Positions 49,607 through 60,440 of a stretch of DNA of 64,000 bases are shown here, one piece after another. A program made the translations under genes and the position numbers. Origin of the DNA: Phallusia mammillata (lineage: Eukaryota); the NCBI GenBank assembly GCA_965637545.1, contig OZ281494.1, positions 17,236,001 through 17,300,000 on the forward strand. Direction: 5' to 3'. Position 1 is the first letter of the stretch; the number at the start of each line of letters is the position of its first letter. Under the pieces are notes generated by a model that had not been told where the DNA came from, did no database searches, and saw only the letters and a program-made list of their open reading frames with translations.

Positions 49607-52310
49607 CAACAGCGATTCTTGTTCATTATAAGAAGGAAAATTGAAAAATTGAACTTTATTTTATCTCAAAGTACTGAATGCCTTTCTTAGATTAAACAAT
49701 GCTTAATTGCTCTAACAAAAAGGCAGTTACTTTTGTCAACTTGATTGTGATCTTGATGATTTCATCAGCGATATTTGCAGCAACAATCAGTTTGTACGGA
49801 AGATGCTGTTGTGACAACTTGTGCAAAATCAGTTTAGGCAGAAGTTTTGAAGTCTGTTTGATACTGACATATGTCAAGCCAGCCGTTTTTCATTACATTT
49901 TGTCTTCGGAAAGCTTTTTACAATTTGTTCTTGACCATCAGCAGCCTCGTTTGCCAATAGAATCGAAAAACATTGAAAAGTTAATAAGGAAGTTATGCAA
50001 TGCAAATTTTATCGTTCACATTGCTGCATGTGTTGTTTTTTGGACAAAACAAACATTTAGTCTTCTGTCAGCTCTAATGGTTTGCGGCATTTAGAGAAAC
50101 TGAAAACTTTTGGTCTGAAAAACTTCCAGTGGAAAGTGTCGGGAAAATGTTTATGTTGGAATTAAACTCTAAAGTGATCAACTGCTACAGGGATGTACAA
50201 CAAAGGGTCCATGGGTCAAATTTGGATCTCTATTGGTTAAAAATGGCCCACATAAACGGCGTATACTTAAACAAAAAATGTACAAACGTGGAGCCATATG
50301 TAGCGCTTTTAAGATGCATTTCAGTTCGTTTATTGTTTCTGTAAGCTGAAAACTTTGGAAATATACGTTCAGCTGAAGAGTGCAAAAGCTTTTTTTAACC
50401 ACTATGAAAACGTAATAACTTAAATCAGTTTATAAATTATAATTCAAATAGTTCTGTTGCCTAAAAAAGCCTTTATGCCCGAATTTTGAAAACCATGCAT
50501 TAGGTTAAATTGAGGATATACGTATACGTGGAATCCTATTTTAAATAACTGAAAATGTGTAATTTAGCCTATGATTTTTTAAGTTGTGCACCTATACTAC
50601 GTATCTCAAAAATGCGCCCAAAATAGAAAATTGCTAATGTGGAATGAAAAGTGAAAAAAACGATCCAGATTTAAACCAAGGTTGGAAAACAACTGGTGTC
50701 TAAAACAACCGATGTTCCATTAACGATATTGTGATTTTAACAAAATCGATAATTTTCGGTTGAAAAATAACTGTTGTAAAACGTGAAAAAATTTCTGTGT
50801 TGTATTTGAAGTAATATTCGTCGCGTTAAGAATATATGGATTACCATTGCTCCTATTTTTTATCACCAGTTACAAATAAAACGTCATGCTTCGTGCACAA
50901 TCCTACTGACTGGAAGTATTTCTGCTTGTTTGGGGGGAAAATGGAAAAGTAAACTTTCATTTGTGACCTAAGCTTTCCTTTTTTTCTGATGTACACATTC
51001 AGCTTTTAAACAAGTTACAACTTTTTTTTCGGGGGCTGCAAAATTTGTGTCAGAAACCTATAAAGTTTGAGGGCCATTTTCTGTTAGTGTGGCAACATGT
51101 GTAGTTTATAGCGCATTTTTGTCGTACTGCATGTCTACAAATCAACTTTGAACCAAGTCACATAAACATATCCTAAATTGAATCAACAAAAACGGAATCC
51201 ATCTGCATGACTCGTCCATATCAAATGACAACATCAATCATCGTGTTGTTTAAAAAAAATCGCAACGTTGTTGCTTTTAAGACAACATACATTTTTAATC
51301 AATAATTTTAACCCCGCTTGTGCTATTTGTGTGCTGGCCACTTTTGTTTGCACGCTTAAGCGGATACGAGAGCTTTGACAAACACAGAGGCCCAGAAAAT
51401 GCACAGAGTGGACACCGGCTGACGAAACGAAAAACACTCGGCGTTTTGAAATATGACGATTGTTGTTTTGGACCTGGACCGGACAGTTAAGTGAATGGCA
51501 AAAATTCACATTGTTTGAAGAGCGGCCGTCCAATGCGACATCTCTTCGACTTGGGATCGCGACTGAGTCTGTGCGTTTTTAACGCGCTGGAGAAACTACG
51601 AGGGCCCTCGAAAGCGTACTGCCGAGCATTAACAGTGGCCCCAGGGTTGCTACTCCCACAGAATGATCCTTTTATCCGCGCACTGGCACTCTACCTTTTT
51701 GTCTAATCGCGTTTTGCTACTTTTCGATCGCCAGTGCCAGGCAACGCGCTCGAACTGCGTTCGTTTAAATCACGCTTGGCTAAAGAGCTGTGACAGGAAA
51801 GTTGTAATGGATCAATGGTCATGCACAAACCGTCGCTCAAGGCTGAAAAGGTTATTTACTAAAAGTGCAGTGGCTGCGTTTAATAGCTATGTGAGTAATT
51901 CTTTGTTTTCATCAGTGTTTGCTTGCTACGTTTGCACGAGTTTTAGGAGGTTTAAACATATCACAGCTTTAAAAGAAAAGTTTCTAGCCTAGGCTGATAT
52001 AGTTGCATGTTAACATTAAAAAGTAGAAGATTGGTTATGTCCAAAATTTATACCCAGTAACGCAAAGTTAAGGGTAGATAGGCAAGCGTTGTTGAACGTT
52101 GTTTTTTTTTCACATTTTAAGCAGCCAAGTTTTGCAATGCCAGCAGTAGGCTACGAGACGTTATTCATATTTTATGAAACCCAAACCGTGCCATGGCATT
52201 TAATCGACAACGCATAGCTTTTCTTTTTCTCTAGGGCTACTAAATAATGCATTAACCTGTGAGCATACGTTAAGCCGTCATTGTTGTTGCTACCTTCAGA
52301 GACTTACAGT

Positions 52311-53792
52311 ATGTCGAAAAACGTTTTTGGCTCGTCGCAGTCGCCCGACTTGCTGTCACCCAATTTAAGAGTGAAAGCACAAAAGCGTCGTCGTACGAGG
52401 CTTGGAACAGGTGATACTGAACTAGAGAGATCGACACAAGAGCTGTTGACTGCGTTACGGGACCCGGTTATTAACCAAGGTTCTTCTTTGAAACCACTGC
52501 CTGCAATTTTAGCGAGTGAAAAGTCACATGCAAATAGACTTTTTGAAGGAGAGGCATTGGAAGATTTCACAGGCGACTCAATGAATAAAACGAACAACGA
52601 TAATGGTCAACAACAGCGTGTTTCCAGACGAAAAAGACTGGACCAATTGGAACGATGCCCAACTTTTACCAAAGAGTCAACAACAGAAAAGCAGATTATC
52701 AAAGACGACAGTCCTGTAAAGAATGGACTACAAGAAAAACTTAACATCAGCAGACAACGCAAAAATACCGACGACGCGTCCATTTTTTCTGATATGTCGG
52801 ACGAACTTGGGTTTGAAAAACGAACCAGAGGACGCAACAGCAGAAGAAGTCTAAATAATACCAAGAATTTCAGCTCAGACATCGATGGGATTCCAAAAGC
52901 GGTTGATTCCTTTTTAAATGCTCCAGAGCAGTCTACTGGGGGCTCAAAAACTTCCCGACGCCGTTTAACACGACGGGGTCGAAACAGTCCTGCAGTAGTT
53001 TCACCAATCGAAAAGCTAACCCTGCGCGATCGGTGTTCCCCTAATGTGACTGGAAGACAACGATCACTTGCATTCGATTCCACCTTAAGTTGTGGCGAGA
53101 ACAAAATCCATGGTAAACCGACTGTGGAAATTATACCGCAAAAAAACGCCCTGACATCGAAACCGTCAAAGTTGAGTCCGCTTGCAGACAACCAAGAATT
53201 AACAAAGTCCAATCTGCATACGCACGACACAGAGTATGACTTGACTCGACTGAGAAAGCCAAGACGGAGGCAGAACCGTTTACAAAATACCGAGTCAGTT
53301 CTAGATAAGTTGACTGATCGGGCCGCTTCTGACGTCATGAGTACAGTGTCAGGTGACGCATATGACCCAACTTTTACGGGAGCCACACGACCCGATGTAA
53401 ATTCCCGATTGCTGGGAGCATTGCGGAACTCCCATTTGGAAAAAGTCAGGGGAACACAACAGCAGAATGATGAAACGAGCGGAGATGACGTAAGCGTAGA
53501 TATTTTTACGTCACCCAAGCGCCACAAAAAGCGTTCGCGGCGACGTCACGAAGGGCAAGGGGAAAATTTTGACGCGGCCAAAGAAACGCAACAAGCAAGA
53601 AACTCCTCGTCTTTGTATTCTGGTACAGTCGGTGGTGACGAGAAGACCAAAAGTGAACATGTATTTGGCAATATTGGAAACGACTTAAACGGGAAATCAT
53701 CACAAAACGCTACCCATAACGTTTCTCCACGAAGGCGGGCGTATAACAAATATCTACCGCCATTATCGGAGTCCTTAAATAATTTTAAGTAA
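52311..53792 (+). CDS. Uncharacterised 493-aa S/R/K-rich disordered protein with a WH2-like motif
   Basis: A 1.5-kb open frame in AT-rich DNA. First true ATG is at 52311, just after acceptor-like AG sites; an upstream donor gtgagt at 51891 suggests a 5' exon. No family recognised. Confidence 0.75.
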   Translation: MSKNVFGSSQSPDLLSPNLRVKAQKRRRTRLGTGDTELERSTQELLTALRDPVINQGSSLKPLPAILASEKSHANRLFEGEALEDFTGDSMNKTNNDNGQQQRVSRRKRLDQLERCPTFTKESTTEKQIIKDDSPVKNGLQEKLNISRQRKNTDDASIFSDMSDELGFEKRTRGRNSRRSLNNTKNFSSDIDGIPKAVDSFLNAPEQSTGGSKTSRRRLTRRGRNSPAVVSPIEKLTLRDRCSPNVTGRQRSLAFDSTLSCGENKIHGKPTVEIIPQKNALTSKPSKLSPLADNQELTKSNLHTHDTEYDLTRLRKPRRRQNRLQNTESVLDKLTDRAASDVMSTVSGDAYDPTFTGATRPDVNSRLLGALRNSHLEKVRGTQQQNDETSGDDVSVDIFTSPKRHKKRSRRRHEGQGENFDAAKETQQARNSSSLYSGTVGGDEKTKSEHVFGNIGNDLNGKSSQNATHNVSPRRRAYNKYLPPLSESLNNFK

Positions 53793-55117
53793 TGGATTTA
53801 TCGTTAATGTTTGCTTTTCTACCTTGTAAAGGCATCTGAAAAAGTACTGACCGCTATACAGACACATATATAGCCTAATAAAGATTGTTTTCGAGAGTTT
53901 GAGTCTGTTTTTTAAGTCAGAGTCAGTTTTAGTCAGATTGTAAGTACAATCAGTTACCCAATATAAGTTTAAATCGTGAATTTGTTATGGATCTATGCAA
54001 CGACATTTGCTCCTTGAACATGAACAACTGCAAGAACCCACTGCAGGAGTGTAGTTGTACTTAATTCAACCATTTGGAAATACAAAAATCTATACGTTTA
54101 GCACGAGAAATAAAACGTCAGTGCATAGACTTCGTAGGTCTTTTCAGAAATCTGCCACGACTTGCGCAAATAAGATACAGCGAAATATTACGCACAAGCA
54201 CTTTCGAGACGGCAGTTCAATAGAAGAAAATGCACTCGGCCTTGAGCAAATGGCCCTTGACCTTGCCAATGCGCCGTTGCGGTTGAGCTGGCGTGCGCAC
54301 ACGAAGTGATATAGGTACACTTGGGCGATATGAGCAGTTTATCGATTTTCGGTGGTCATAATTTCGATGATACTTCCCGTTGCTTGGCAACTGGGCAACA
54401 GACGAAAAATAAACTGGTGCCAAGTGTTGTGCAGTAATTTTGCGTGATGTAAACAAAGTTTAGTTGCCACTGGTCACGGTGCGATCACATTGGGAGTTCA
54501 AAGCAGTTTTGGCCTTTTTTAATGTATTGGTACAGCTAATACACCTGATTGCATTATTATCTGGTTTGTAATTTGCAAAGAATCGCTATTTGCATAAACG
54601 GTCTTTTTATTTACAAAATTCGAATTAAACTTGTTGAAGACCGAGCTAACCTTTCTACATTTGCATCAATTATGTGTTTGTCGCAAATAACATGACCTAT
54701 AAAAAAGTAGGCTATTATTTATCCTGCCCGAATCGGTACATACTCTTACATAGTTACTCCATTGTTTAAGTTAACTTCTTCCTACAAACGTTTCGTTTTT
54801 GTTTGATGTATTTTGTGGAGAGGAATAAATCGTGAGAAAAGTGAGCATAAAGAAGCGCAAAAAATAAAAATGTCACATATGCTGATACATCGTGTACATG
54901 CAAAACACTTGAATTGTGTGTGATGGCACATATGCTGAAAATACATCTTGCAAATGCTCAACAAATAAGAGTAATAAAAACTGAAATGGTCATCGATATG
55001 TCAGTCACGTGATGTGAAACACCCGTCGTTGATAAACTGGTTTGTGATGAATCACTGGCCTTCCAAGAATTCGGGACCAATGGTTTATAACTTTGGTTCT
55101 TTGCCAGTAATTTTAAC

Positions 55118-55435
55118 TCAAGAAGAATTTCGCCTTCTGTGCGTTCTTACACGATGTCGATGTCTCCTTCGCCTGGTTTGTGATTGGTCCTGTCTTTCTT
55201 TGTCTTTTTGACTTGCGTGCCTCAACATGGCTGACAAATGTTCAACTGGAATATTCAGTGACAAAGGTCGTTCATGCGTTGTGGAATTTGTCATTTCCTG
55301 TTGCAATCTTACGCTTCTTAACTTTTTAAGTAAGTGTTTCATGCTGGACGCGTCACTTTGAGCGGGTTTGCTGTTTGCTTGAATAAGTATCGACAAAAGC
55401 AGAACGAGCACCAAGTAGTGCTTGCCTAATTCCAT
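55118..55435 (-). CDS. CRH/urocortin/diuretic-hormone-like prepropeptide (105 aa as read)
   Basis: Signal peptide (HYLVLVLLLSILIQANS), KK and RSVR processing sites, then RPLSLNIPVEHLSAMLRHASQKDKERQ. This aligns without gaps to urocortin 2 IVLSLDVPIGLLQILLEQARARAAREQ (recalled sequence). Confidence 0.78.
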   Translation of the reverse strand: MELGKHYLVLVLLLSILIQANSKPAQSDASSMKHLLKKLRSVRLQQEMTNSTTHERPLSLNIPVEHLSAMLRHASQKDKERQDQSQTRRRRHRHRVRTHRRRNSS

Positions 55436-55679
55436 AAATTCAGGCTGTGTGTCCGGAATGGCTTGTTACTCAGCACGACCTACTTGTTTTCCACCAATAT
55501 TCCATTAGTTAAGATTTCCTAAGAAACTTATAAAAATCCAAAATGGTTAGGACGATTCAAACCTTACAAACTTCAATGCCCATGCTTTCTCTACTAAGTG
55601 AATCTTTCTCATCTAGCTAATGCCAGAAATGGCCAATACTTACTAACTAACGACTACACAGTAGAGATTTTGCTTCGAG

Positions 55680-55960
55680 CAAATACAACAGCTGAACTAG
55701 TTTTGGCCACCGGTGACGATTATCAGCTCCCAGACTGCCGGCATTTTACCCTTTTAGGCAACGACGGAACCAAGCCCAAGCGGCCCAGCTCAAATACTTG
55801 TGGTCATGCCCTAGAGATACGCGGAATGCCTCTTCCCATCCATCAACGACAAGACACAGACCCGGTCTGCCCTAATTGCAGTAAAACCGCCTGTGCAGGA
55901 GAAACCTATCACGCACGGTCGACCGCGGAACACCTTACCCAGAAAAAAGTTAAATCCTGA
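55680..55960 (+). mobile_element. Possible non-LTR retrotransposon 3' relic
   Basis: TCGHALE..DTDPVCPNC..ETYH resembles the TGH..DPxCxxC..ETxxH C-terminal zinc-finger region of I/R1-type ORF2. No reverse transcriptase motif seen. Confidence 0.4.
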
Positions 55961-56219
55961 AAGCCCACCATCAGCAGGTCGCCGGGCAGCCTACAATTTA
56001 CTGCCATGTAAATATATGTGCGGCTCATCATCCCTCTGTGGTTTGCGTTTGGCAAACATTCGACGCTCCGGGCAAAACATCCGGCGGATTAGCCTCATGA
56101 ATACAGGCGCCCACAATTCAGGCAGGACTGGTTCGCACACAATGCTACGATTGTCCGATGGGTAATCGGAAGATGAAAGAGTGAACAGAAAGGCTTATCC
56201 ATGGAATATCCATCTACAC

Positions 56220-56487
56220 CAGTGGTTCCAACCCGTTTCAGGTCATGGATCACCAGTTCGAATAAATGAATATTGTGGCCCAGTCCATTGTTAAGTAAGG
56301 ACAAGGAAAGCATCCACAAGCATATTGGCTTAAAACATATTCCTTCAATAAAAAATTGACATCAAACATCAATTTTAGAAGTATGGGGAAGTGATATCAA
56401 ACAACTAACAGCTAACAAACAAATAGCCTATAACTCGGACAAGGTTTTTTTCTTATTGCATTATATGCATCCATTTGAGAACCACTG
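56220..56487. mobile_element. hAT MITE, 268 bp, between the CRH-like gene and CRHBP
   Basis: TIRs CAGTGGTTC-CAA / TTGAGAACCACTG. Perfect 8-bp TSD ATCTACAC (56212-56219, 56488-56495). Confidence 0.92.
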
Positions 56488-57249
56488 ATCTACACTACAT
56501 ACCTTCAAACATTAGAATTTCTGTTGGATACCACAGAGGCAAAAAACGAGTGATGTGTTACCGTTTTTTAAAATGTGTTTGTACGTTTTTGATGATGTGT
56601 TTACCCAGTCTGTTTTGATATTGAGTAACCACACCTCGTTTCTGCACGATAACGACAAGCCCAACTTTAAACAAATCACTATTAAATGCTGGCTGAATTA
56701 ATCTTATCGAAGTGACTTTATGATCGTTAATGAAGCGCAATTCAATTGAAATTTGTGTATAAATGGCATTTTTTTATGTGATAAATCATCCTGAAACCAA
56801 AATACAACAAAAAAGAATATTACGCAAAAGGCAGGTGCTAATGTTGGTAAAAAAAAGTTACACAAAAAACGTGATTATTTTTTATCGATACATGCTTTAA
56901 AGTTGTTTGTAGTCTCAACCACTTAAACAAAGTTGGGAATGTTTGCTTTACAAAAGCATGGAATCCGGTTTTGTTTACGCTTTTTGTGCATATCCTTGAA
57001 ACGGGATCAAGGTCACTTGCAAAAAGAACTATGAGCTGATTGGTGGAAGACGTGGGCGTGAATGGGATCATAGTGGGGCGGAAAATTGCACATATTTATT
57101 GAAACGTATTTTGCAACCACCCGTCAGCCGCAAATTTCACCTGCAAACTTTTAGAATGGAGTAGTGGCATTCGAGGAGTTTCATTGGAGAGTGTACATCG
57201 TTTTATCTTCTGTTCCCACCGGTTTTATACTTACAAGTTTCGTGACAAA

Positions 57250-59551
57250 ATGATTCAAATTACAGTTTTATTTATACTCGTTTGGAAAACGGCAGTTGGA
57301 GCCGACGTAAGTAAAATGTAACTTTTAAAATTGGTTTAGACTTTTACAAGCGGAAAGTGTTGGCTTATTCGCTACGTTAACGTTACAATTGTAACCTTTG
57401 GAATGCCGTAGTTGAAGATTTTGGTTTTCTTTTAGAATGTTTTGAGTGATTCAAACTATCTTACACTGCCCGGACCATCTCTTGTAACAGTTCCTGGATT
57501 CGTAGACGTTCGTGAGTTGGGTGAGTTGTTGTCTGTTTTGTCTTATAAAACTTTAAATTCGTCTGGTGGGTCTTCAAACAGTTGTCAGAAAACTAAAATC
57601 TTATAAATTACTTGCATATTTGTTTAAATGATAATTAGGTTGCGCGTGTTCAAATGGCGTTCAGCATTGTGTTCGGTACTAACTAACTGGATGACATTGA
57701 ACACTGTTATATGCGTCTTGTTATACGCAGTTCTTAACTTACATATGATTTGAGTGATTTTGAACTTAACAAACCACGAAAAAATAACTTCATTTTCTTA
57801 ATATAACCTGTTTTTTCTCTTCTGCTGCAACTGCTTTCCTGTATAAACATTAGTTAATAAATTCTTTCTCTATTTGTCTCTGACTTTTGTTTGTCAACGG
57901 TATATGCAGAATGCATCGACATGATAAAAGTCAATTCGGATTTGAATTTTGAGCAAGAGGAAGAAGCACGCGTTCTGTGTGGTGCTTACTTTATCGGCGA
58001 TGCTGACGAACTTCTCTCGTTGGAAGTTCACGGTGTCGACATTAACTGCGACCAGGGAGAATTTGTTGAAGTAGGAGTTTGTGAAAATCTATGGATTAAT
58101 ACCTATATAAAAAAATTTCCTCATTTAATGGATGTTTGAAGAGAAAATGAATACGTTATTAGGTGTGTTGAGTGATTTCATCATTTTTGCATTGGGCACT
58201 TTTTCACTAACAATGAATTGCACTTCTAATTGTACTAACATATCCTAAAACAAATAAGTTCAAACTACAATCTGCTTGTTATTAGAAGAAACGATTTATG
58301 CTTTTTATCTGTTTTTATGAAACAGTCCAATATTATCCTGATCAGAAGCAAGAATCTTTCTTTTTTTTATACATTTTATTGTCTGCGGGAGATTCGTTTA
58401 ATAACAAAACTGTTTCAGCTGCTTGTGTCCAATTCAGATATTCGATGGATGGATGGCGCGTGACCGTTTCCTTCCTAGCGAGGAGGATCATGAGCATTCC
58501 CTAAACACCAGACTAAAAGACTATTGCAGCCACCAGAGAGCACACCAAAACGCTCCCTGGCAGTTCACATCAATGCAGAATTTTGCTCTCGTTCAGTTTC
58601 GTCTATTAGCAGGAAGCCGACTGTCTATTCGGTTTCGTAGACTTAAGTCGACAAATGGTGGGTAAATGTATTTGAAAGTTCACCAGCGCCTTACAACTTC
58701 TACTTTGTTTGACCAACAGAGTGTAATGTAGCAAATGCAGTGAAATGTTGTTTTGTTATGCAACTTAGGTGCTGTTACGTGGCTACACTATCATACACGC
58801 CAAATGTATTGTCACCAGCTGCACTGATGAGACTGTTTAGGTCCAAACACTGTGCAGTGTCTGCAGCTAACGTATAAGAGATATTACAACAATTTTTATG
58901 ACCTGTTGCAGAACAGTGCAACATATTGACACCTGACGATGAGGGAGAATATAAAATGACATCCAACGTGGAAAAGAATTGCACATTTTCGATTTTACAG
59001 GCATCGGTTCTCATCATCAAAGAAATTAAATTGTCACAAGTTGGTATAGTTAACATTAAAACACAATCAACAAAGATTTAATTAGATTTTATAATTCAAC
59101 TTTCATGCAGATTTTTGTAATATTTTTAGGATAATTTACAATCGAATAAAGGTACAGTCGAAGTTTTGAAAGGAGACTCGCTTGATCCTTCTGCCATGAC
59201 GTTGGTGCAAAAATTTGAAGCTCCAATCCACGAAAACGGTTAGATTTTTTCCAAGCTGGTTTTATTAATGTTAATGAAGTAACCACTGTTTTAGTTATGG
59301 ACAACTAGTTTTACTTTTACAACAAATCAAGCGTTAAAATGGCATTTTTATGCCGATTGAAAGCGCAAAACCGTTTCGCACATTTAAATTTACAACTAGA
59401 ATTGTTCTTTGCAGCTGAAAGGAAATTGATACTTGACAAAGTTCACGCCGCAGTGCGTATGACGTCACCAGGTCACAGTGGCAACTTCATTCGCTTCGCC
59501 TATTCAAGGTTGGCTGACGAAGAAGCTCTGAAGGCCGAACTTTGCACGTGA
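57250..59551 (+). CDS. CRHBP: Corticotropin-releasing hormone-binding protein, 298 aa
   Basis: Exons 57250-57306, 57436-57520, 57910-58070, 58438-58657, 58912-59039, 59130-59238, 59415-59551; phase-consistent (897 nt). Signal peptide; ECIDM..LCGAYFI..INCDQGEFVEIFDGW..FLPSEEDH..DYC..QNFALVQFR..QCNI..NCTFSI..VEVLKGDSLDPSAM..VRMTSPG, colinear with vertebrate CRHBP. The exon 5 donor is the least certain junction. Confidence 0.93.
58817..58868 (+). ncRNA. Hammerhead motif of the same family as 30137-30188, with G12-to-C core change, in CRHBP intron 4
   Basis: AGCUGCA CUGAUGA GACU-GUUUA-GGUC CAAA CACUG-UG-CAGUG UC UGCAGCU. Confidence 0.85.
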
Positions 59552-60440
59552 CCCTTGTGTGACGGGTTGTACAGTGAATAAAATTATTTCAGTGTCATTT
59601 TGTTCTTTAAGGTGCGATAACACGCTTATAAGGCCGCAAATAAATGCCATCATAATTGTTTGTTTACTGATGACAGCTTGTAAGGATCGAACCTTGTAAA
59701 TAAACCTGTTCTAACTGATATTACCTTTGCTTTTGAACAAGGATCAATAAACAGAGATGCGTTGTTAATTACAATTTAGTTTTTTTTTCAAATGTCATTT
59801 AAAAAGGCTAAAATGTATCAAAGTCAAGAGTTAGGTGGATTCACATACCGAGTCAAGCTTTTGTTTACAGTTGTGTTTCATTTTACACATCTGCAAAAAG
59901 CAGTGTGTTAGAAAGGACTGCGGATTTCGCTAAAAACCGTCGAGAGTTTCTAGTAAACTTGTATTTCTTCAGCAGCAGTCAAAATTTACCCTCAAAACAA
60001 ACGAGCAAGGGACGTTTATTTGAACGAATAGAAAGCTACTGCATGACAAACGACAGCAACGGCCGGTTTTGTTGAGGTGATGGGAGATTTCTTGTTGCAC
60101 AAATAAGTTGCACCACATCGACACAATAAATTCCAACAATGGTTTACTTTGCTTCAAACATTTTTATAATTTACTACGTCCCGAAATTGTCGGTTTTCGG
60201 AAAACGCCTTGTTGGGTAATCTTTAGGGGCTCAAATATATTTTTTAATTTACTGACAAAGCTTTATTTCGGGTAAAACAGCACAAAAGTCGCTCCTGAGC
60301 AAAAGCACCTTGTGTGGAAAAAACAGCAATGGAAATATTTTTCAACTGAAAAGATTTAATCTCAGTTATTGTTAGTGTAAGCTGATTCTTTAGATGGAAT
60401 AGGGGCTGAAAACTTGACAGTGACGTTATGCTTTGTGACA

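Noticed and set aside
52607-53527. 306-aa minus-strand ORF
   Set aside because: Codon-aligned antisense of the 493-aa ORF, with no motifs or splice context of its own.
54180-54540. Cys-containing fragments suggestive of a TGF-beta or GDNF cystine knot
   Set aside because: The motifs are spread over three frames with stops, spacing is wrong, and there is no compatible splice chain.
59658-59705. CTGATGA motif with a 9-bp stem I in the CRHBP 3' region
   Set aside because: GAAC replaces GAAA, stem II does not pair and the cleavage triplet ends in G. At most a dead relic.
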